Shown: piece by piece, positions 26,823 to 31,961 of the stretch | Numbering within the stretch: position 1 is the stretch's first letter | Layout: every line of letters starts with the position of its first letter | From: Myxococcota bacterium | GTDB taxonomy: Bacteria; Myxococcota; XYA12-FULL-58-9; JABJBS01 | Direction: 5' to 3' | DNA: 31,961 nt | NCBI GenBank assembly: GCA_036339465.1 | Contig: JAYZAY010000096.1 | Span: 1 to 31,961 of the forward strand | Made by a program: the position numbers and the translations under genes | The notes under the pieces: model-generated | The model's database searches: none | Told to the model about the DNA's origin: nothing | What the model saw: only the letters and a program-made list of their open reading frames with translations

Positions 26823-26931
26823 CCTTCGATTATAAATAGCTTTTTTGGAGGGGGCGACCGCTTTTCAAGGATGGGCCACGACTTCTCCCGGATAAGACGG
26901 TTGCGTTCCTATGGGAAACTAACTTATTTAG

Positions 26932-27294
<363 letters not shown>

Positions 27295-27445
27295 GAGGGG
27301 GCTGGGGGCTCCTAGGGCAATCTTCTTTTTATCCGGCATTCCTGGGTTTACTTGAATGGCGCGATGCGGCGTTTCTTTAGGCAGGAGACAACCCATGTCG
27401 ATCGGTATAGAATCTCCATATAACTTGTGACGTTGGGGAGTTACC

Positions 27446-28552
27446 GTGAGAATTGGTGTACCGAAAGAGGTGAAGGTATACGAGGGCAGGGTTGCACTAA
27501 CTCCAGCAGGGGCTCGAGCACTTGTAGGCGATGGCCATTGTGTATTTGTCGAGGAGACGGCAGGTATTGGAAGTGGTATATCCGACGAGGCATTTAAAGA
27601 AGCGGGCGCGACTATTTTATCGTCCGCAAGCGAGGTGTGGGGTACAGCTGAGCTCGTTTTAAAGGTAAAGGAGCCTGTTGAACAGGAGTATGAGCTTATT
27701 CAGCTGAATCAAATCATCTTTACTTATTTTCATCTAGCAGCGGTGCCATCACTGCTACCGATACTGCTAGAGAAGAATGTGACGGCGATTGCTTACGAGA
27801 CCATCGAAACTCGAGACCATCGATTGCCCTTACTTCATCCAATGAGCGAAATCGCAGGGAAAATGAGTGTGCAGATTGGGGCAAACTTATTGGAGAGCGA
27901 TCGAGGTGGCAAGGGGGTCTTGTTGGGAGGAGTGCCCGGGGTTAGACGAGGAAGAGTTGTTGTTTTGGGAGGAGGCACAGTGGGGACGGCGGCTGCTAAG
28001 ATTGCCATGGGTTTGGGCGCCCATGTTTCGGTCCTCGATGTTTCGTTGCCTCGATTGGCTTATTTGGACGACATCTTTGGCGCTCGAGTTAATCTATTGC
28101 ATTCAAATCCAGACACGATAGCCGAGGAAGTTGAGCGTGCGGATCTTGTGGTGGGAGCAGTTCTGGTTACGGGTAACCGAGCTCCGATCCTAGTGAGTCA
28201 AGAGTTGGTTGCTCGAATGGAATCGGGTTCGGTGATTATGGATGTGGCTGTTGACCAGGGGGGCTGCATTGAAACGATCAGAGGAACGACCCATGAATCT
28301 CCGACCTATTTTGTCCATGAGGTCCTACACTATGGGGTAACGAATATGCCTGGGGCGGTGGCGCATACGTCGACTTACGCTTTGACCAATGCCACCATTC
28401 TCTATGCAATGAGACTGGCTATTGAGGGAATTGAGGAAATCTATTTGGGAGATGCAGGTTTCGCCAAGGGGGTTAATGTACACCGCGGATCGGTGAGACA
28501 TCAGGCGGTTGCCGATGCACTTAAGGTTCCATGGGCGCCTTTAGTGTATTGA
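27446..28552 (+). CDS. ald: Alanine dehydrogenase
   Basis: MRIGVPKEVK..EGRVALTP, KVKEP, FTYFHLA, LPLLHPMSEIAG, GGGTVG, DVAVDQGGC, NMPGAV. Confidence 0.98.
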   Translation: MRIGVPKEVKVYEGRVALTPAGARALVGDGHCVFVEETAGIGSGISDEAFKEAGATILSSASEVWGTAELVLKVKEPVEQEYELIQLNQIIFTYFHLAAVPSLLPILLEKNVTAIAYETIETRDHRLPLLHPMSEIAGKMSVQIGANLLESDRGGKGVLLGGVPGVRRGRVVVLGGGTVGTAAAKIAMGLGAHVSVLDVSLPRLAYLDDIFGARVNLLHSNPDTIAEEVERADLVVGAVLVTGNRAPILVSQELVARMESGSVIMDVAVDQGGCIETIRGTTHESPTYFVHEVLHYGVTNMPGAVAHTSTYALTNATILYAMRLAIEGIEEIYLGDAGFAKGVNVHRGSVRHQAVADALKVPWAPLVY

Positions 28553-28605
28553 TTTCGAATGTTTTTTTGTCTCCAGGATGATGTCGTAAATTAATCGATT
28601 TGTAG

Positions 28606-28633
28606 GGAATAAAATAGGTTATGGGTTGGTTAA
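28606..28633 (+). promoter_or_regulatory. Putative SigH/SigR-type autoregulatory ECF promoter
   Basis: GGAAT (28606-10) - 18 nt - GTTAA (28629-33), 33 nt upstream of the ECF sigma start. Confidence 0.6.
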
Positions 28634-28666
28634 CTAGGGGGAATGATACCAAACGGAGTTTGCTGA

Positions 28667-29326
28667 GTGAGCTGGTTTGAATTAAAAAGTAGGGACAAAT
28701 TGTCATCCAAGGAATTTCGAACGGAGCTCGAGAAAAACCTTCAATCGATGTACGCAACTGCTATGAGGCTTACGGGTGATTGTGGTTTGGCCGAAGATTT
28801 GGTTCAGGAATCGGCGCTTCGAGCCCTTCGGTTCAGGGACAGATATCAACGTGGGACCAATTTTAAGGCCTGGATTTTAACGTTGGAGACGAATCTATTT
28901 AGACAGCGCTATCGCCGGGACAGGCGAAGAAGCGAGATACTTTTGGAAGAGGACAAGCGTTTCTTGTATGACGGTTGTCAGTCTTCTTCTTTAAGGGAAC
29001 GTTCTGAGTCTCCTGAAAATTATTATCTGCGGTCCAATTTAAGTGATGAAGTACTGAGGGCACTCAATGCCGTTTCGGATGACTACCGACTTGTGGTTTG
29101 GCTTTGCGATGTTGAGGGGTTGTCATATCGGGAAATCGCAGAAATTGTCGATCGTCCTGTTGGTACTGTCATGAGTCGCCTTCACCGTGGAAGAAAGCTT
29201 TTAAAGGATAAACTGAGTATTAACATTAAGAAAACCAAATCTCCTGATGGAGCTTGGAAATCAGGACAGGTGAATGGGGAGCAGAATATCGAGAAACCTC
29301 ATGTCATTAACGGAGGTCGCTCATGA
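28667..29326 (+). CDS. ECF RNA polymerase sigma factor (SigH/SigR-like)
   Basis: AEDLVQE...GTNFKAW (region 2) and DVEGLSYREIAEIVDRPVGTVMSRLHRGRK (region 4). Confidence 0.95.
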   Translation: MSWFELKSRDKLSSKEFRTELEKNLQSMYATAMRLTGDCGLAEDLVQESALRALRFRDRYQRGTNFKAWILTLETNLFRQRYRRDRRRSEILLEEDKRFLYDGCQSSSLRERSESPENYYLRSNLSDEVLRALNAVSDDYRLVVWLCDVEGLSYREIAEIVDRPVGTVMSRLHRGRKLLKDKLSINIKKTKSPDGAWKSGQVNGEQNIEKPHVINGGRS

Positions 29327-30069
29327 TTGATTGTGCGACGGTACGAGAGCTTATTTCTTTTTCTTTAGATCGGGAGATTGAAGCTGAGGAACGAATTATC
29401 ATTGAAGATCACGTCGATACTTGCGCGGAGTGTCGTGATTTCTTTGAATCCGAGTTGATTCTTCGAGAGCAGCTTCGTCCTCTGGCTGAGATCGACAAAA
29501 TAACGCCTCGTTTTGAGGATGAGTTTAAGCGTAATATTCGAAATGAAAGTATTCGTTTAGGTATTCGTCGGTGGACACCGGTCGCTATGGCAGCGGTTTT
29601 ATTGGCCGGCTTCTTGGTGCAGAATGGTACCACACCGAATTTTCGTCCTTTGGAACAAGCGACCTTGAGTCATGCTAGAAACTTACCAATGGATATTTGG
29701 TCTCGAGATACGGGAAATGTTCGAACTTACCTGAAGGATAGAATTCCATTTGCTATTCGGATTCCTATTTTTGAGCGCAGGAGGGATTGGAAGTTAGAGG
29801 GGGCGAGGATATTGAGTATTGGAGATCGAGATACCGCCTATATGCGCTATGTGGGTCCGTCAGGGGTTGTTTCGCTTTTTGTCCAGGAGCGCTCTTTAGT
29901 GGGGAATCAATGGCAGCCAGGTGCGGGAGGAAAGGTATCACCGAGATTTCAGAGTTACCGGGGATACCAAACAGTTCGTTGGAGTGACTCTGGACTGGTT
30001 TATTCGGTGGTTAGTGACGTGACAGAGCCAGAATTGAGGGAAGCGATACGTTCGCTCTCATTTAAGTAG
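29323..30069 (+). CDS. Zinc-finger (ZAS) transmembrane anti-sigma factor
   Basis: C4...HVDTCAEC (HxxxCxxC), a TM segment PVAMAAVLLAGFLV and a C-terminal extracytoplasmic domain. ATGA overlap with the sigma gene. Confidence 0.9.
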   Translation: MIDCATVRELISFSLDREIEAEERIIIEDHVDTCAECRDFFESELILREQLRPLAEIDKITPRFEDEFKRNIRNESIRLGIRRWTPVAMAAVLLAGFLVQNGTTPNFRPLEQATLSHARNLPMDIWSRDTGNVRTYLKDRIPFAIRIPIFERRRDWKLEGARILSIGDRDTAYMRYVGPSGVVSLFVQERSLVGNQWQPGAGGKVSPRFQSYRGYQTVRWSDSGLVYSVVSDVTEPELREAIRSLSFK

Positions 30070-31960
30070 GGTTTTGAATTTCTTGTGCCATGTCTTGGCG
30101 CTGTTTTTGACAAGAATGCATGTGAAACCGAACACTCATATCCTGTTCTGCGAGTTCCTTAATGAAACTTCCGTCGAATTCCAGGACCTTACATTCCGAA
30201 GTTGTTATGGCGCTTAGGGGGGCTTGTTCCGCTGACGTGAAAATATTTTCTAAGCCAATATAGTTGAATTGGTCGGATTCTGACAAAGACCCGATTGTTG
30301 TTTCGGAGCTTACCAAGTCAATCGTGCCTCTGATAAGGACATAAAAGTTTTTCTTTTCCGGGGAGAGTGAACCTATTCGATGGTTTTTGGGTAGGGTCTT
30401 GGCTCTGGCTGACTGGGCGATTTTATTGCGAATGGACAGGTCCAACGTCGCGAATACCTCGGATTGGTCCAGCAAAACTCGGTTTTTTGAAATCATTTTG
30501 ATTTTGGAACTGAGGTCGTATTGCTCTAGGTATTGTTGGAATAGTTCACTATCGATATCGAAAAGCTCCATCGGTGTTATGGCGGTGATTGTCGCCCGGG
30601 AGTAGCCGCCATCGGTAACAAGTTCAAATAGCCCAAAGAACTCACCTGGTCGAATCAGCGGCAATGGATTTCGACTTGTATTGTTCTTTAGGCGAATAGA
30701 GGCTGACCCACTTACAATAACTGTAATCGTATTTGGTGCTCGTTGGCCTGCTTTCGCCAGTCGTTCTCCAGGCGCAGCGTGTCTCGTTTGTCCGCGAAAT
30801 AGGATTGTGGATAGCCAAGCCGGGTCTTTGATGTCCAAGAAGCGTAGTGCGTGGAGAACCTTTGTTGGGATTGATGGGTGCATTTTTCGAGGCTCTACGA
30901 TTGAACGAGTGTACCCAGGGACTGCAATTTCTTTCCCGAAGGAGCGCGTAAATGAATTGTCTGCGCAATGATAGTAGACCACTTCGTTTGGGTTTTCAGC
31001 CCAGTCCTTGGGGTGTCCATGGATAATCGATTCTCCAACATCGCAGTAGAATAGCGAATTGTCTATCTTCTTATTGGGGACAAGATACCGCATGTGACGA
31101 TAGATCTCGTCGGAAATCAGCCCATTGTTTCTCAGGTGGTCTAAACCTTCGCGATGTAAGCTGTCTCCTGAAATTGAAAATTGATGAACGGTTCGAGTTT
31201 CGTCTCTAAAGGTGATATTCATTCCGATGGTTGGAATCGCATGAACGCTGTAGAAGAAATCAAATGTGGCCCCTAATGCTTCGATTGGTACTCCAGGGGT
31301 GACTCGATGGTAATTGAGGTATTGGCTAACCTCTTCGGGACTCATGTTAAAATAAGTGGAGAGTTTAATGAGGGCCGACCGGTAGATGGGTTCGGTAGTG
31401 AATACTTTCGGGCGATGTCCGGAGAGAACCAGCTCGATGAATGCTCCCATATGGTCTTCGTGGCAATGACTTAGGATAACGATGTCAATGTCTTCACAAG
31501 ATATTCCTTGGTGTTCTAAGAGATACCTTGTTCCCACGGGGCCATCGTAAATAACGGCTCTTCCGTTGAGCCAGATAACAAAACCGGTACTGGGACCTGT
31601 TAGGTCAAAGCCATTTCGTGTGCCCAAATGCTTGATGCCGAAGCTAACGGGGCGTTGTGGGATTGATGGTACAGGTAGACCAGAGAAAGGTACAATCTGC
31701 TTATTTACTTGTAGATTGACCACTTCTTTTCGTCGCTTTTGACGAATGATGAATCCTTGAGATCCGTTTCGAGTAATAGTCACCGAGTCATCAAGAATCG
31801 TTACCTGTCCCGATTCATCGAATGTGATTGGTTGAACCATTTCGAGAATACTTAGCTTTTTACCGTCTTGCTTGATTGCCATATAGTCAGAAACTGCGCT
31901 CAAGAAATCGATTGTTGAATCCTCCATGAGTTGGTGCCCTTGAGCATCGCAATAGGAGGC
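30062..31960 (-). CDS. MBL-fold metallohydrolase with two cNMP-binding-like domains (putative cyclic-nucleotide phosphodiesterase); 5' end outside the window
   Basis: ILSHCHEDH (HxHxDH), HAIPT, SGDS, IHGHP, YHC, then VIVSG...PGEFFG...SRATI and FYVLIRG...YIG. The frame is open upstream of ATG 31927 to the window edge. Confidence 0.85.
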   Translation of the reverse strand, partial: ASYCDAQGHQLMEDSTIDFLSAVSDYMAIKQDGKKLSILEMVQPITFDESGQVTILDDSVTITRNGSQGFIIRQKRRKEVVNLQVNKQIVPFSGLPVPSIPQRPVSFGIKHLGTRNGFDLTGPSTGFVIWLNGRAVIYDGPVGTRYLLEHQGISCEDIDIVILSHCHEDHMGAFIELVLSGHRPKVFTTEPIYRSALIKLSTYFNMSPEEVSQYLNYHRVTPGVPIEALGATFDFFYSVHAIPTIGMNITFRDETRTVHQFSISGDSLHREGLDHLRNNGLISDEIYRHMRYLVPNKKIDNSLFYCDVGESIIHGHPKDWAENPNEVVYYHCADNSFTRSFGKEIAVPGYTRSIVEPRKMHPSIPTKVLHALRFLDIKDPAWLSTILFRGQTRHAAPGERLAKAGQRAPNTITVIVSGSASIRLKNNTSRNPLPLIRPGEFFGLFELVTDGGYSRATITAITPMELFDIDSELFQQYLEQYDLSSKIKMISKNRVLLDQSEVFATLDLSIRNKIAQSARAKTLPKNHRIGSLSPEKKNFYVLIRGTIDLVSSETTIGSLSESDQFNYIGLENIFTSAEQAPLSAITTSECKVLEFDGSFIKELAEQDMSVRFHMHSCQKQRQDMAQEIQNPT

Positions 31961-31961
31961 C

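Overview
Chromosomal window from a bacterium whose NusG, L11, SecE, RpoB and RpoC look Myxococcota/deltaproteobacteria-like. This is judged from recalled family sequences; no search was run. Left 12.5 kb: the tuf(3' end)-tRNA-Trp-secE-nusG-rplK-rplA-rplJ-rplL-rpoB-rpoC cluster, which lacks rpmG and the L10 leader and is not followed by rpsL-rpsG-fusA. Next come a tetraheme cytochrome c, engB, a SurA-N-like protein, pyrD, plsB with a stand-alone cNMP-binding protein, a family-4 uracil-DNA glycosylase, a TPR lipoprotein, aspartokinase and an orphan ParA. The right end has PII-ald, a SigH/SigR-like ECF sigma with a ZAS anti-sigma and a matching promoter, and a 5'-truncated MBL-fold/cNMP protein. 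Three decaying regions were read by hand: SnoaL-like, BtuF-like, and a SycD-like chaperone plus partner. No CRISPR array, rRNA or mobile element was seen. The most notable signal is that L7/L12 and the L12-binding tail of L10 look Planctomycetota-type inside this otherwise Myxococcota-like operon, which suggests in-place replacement of the ribosomal stalk module.
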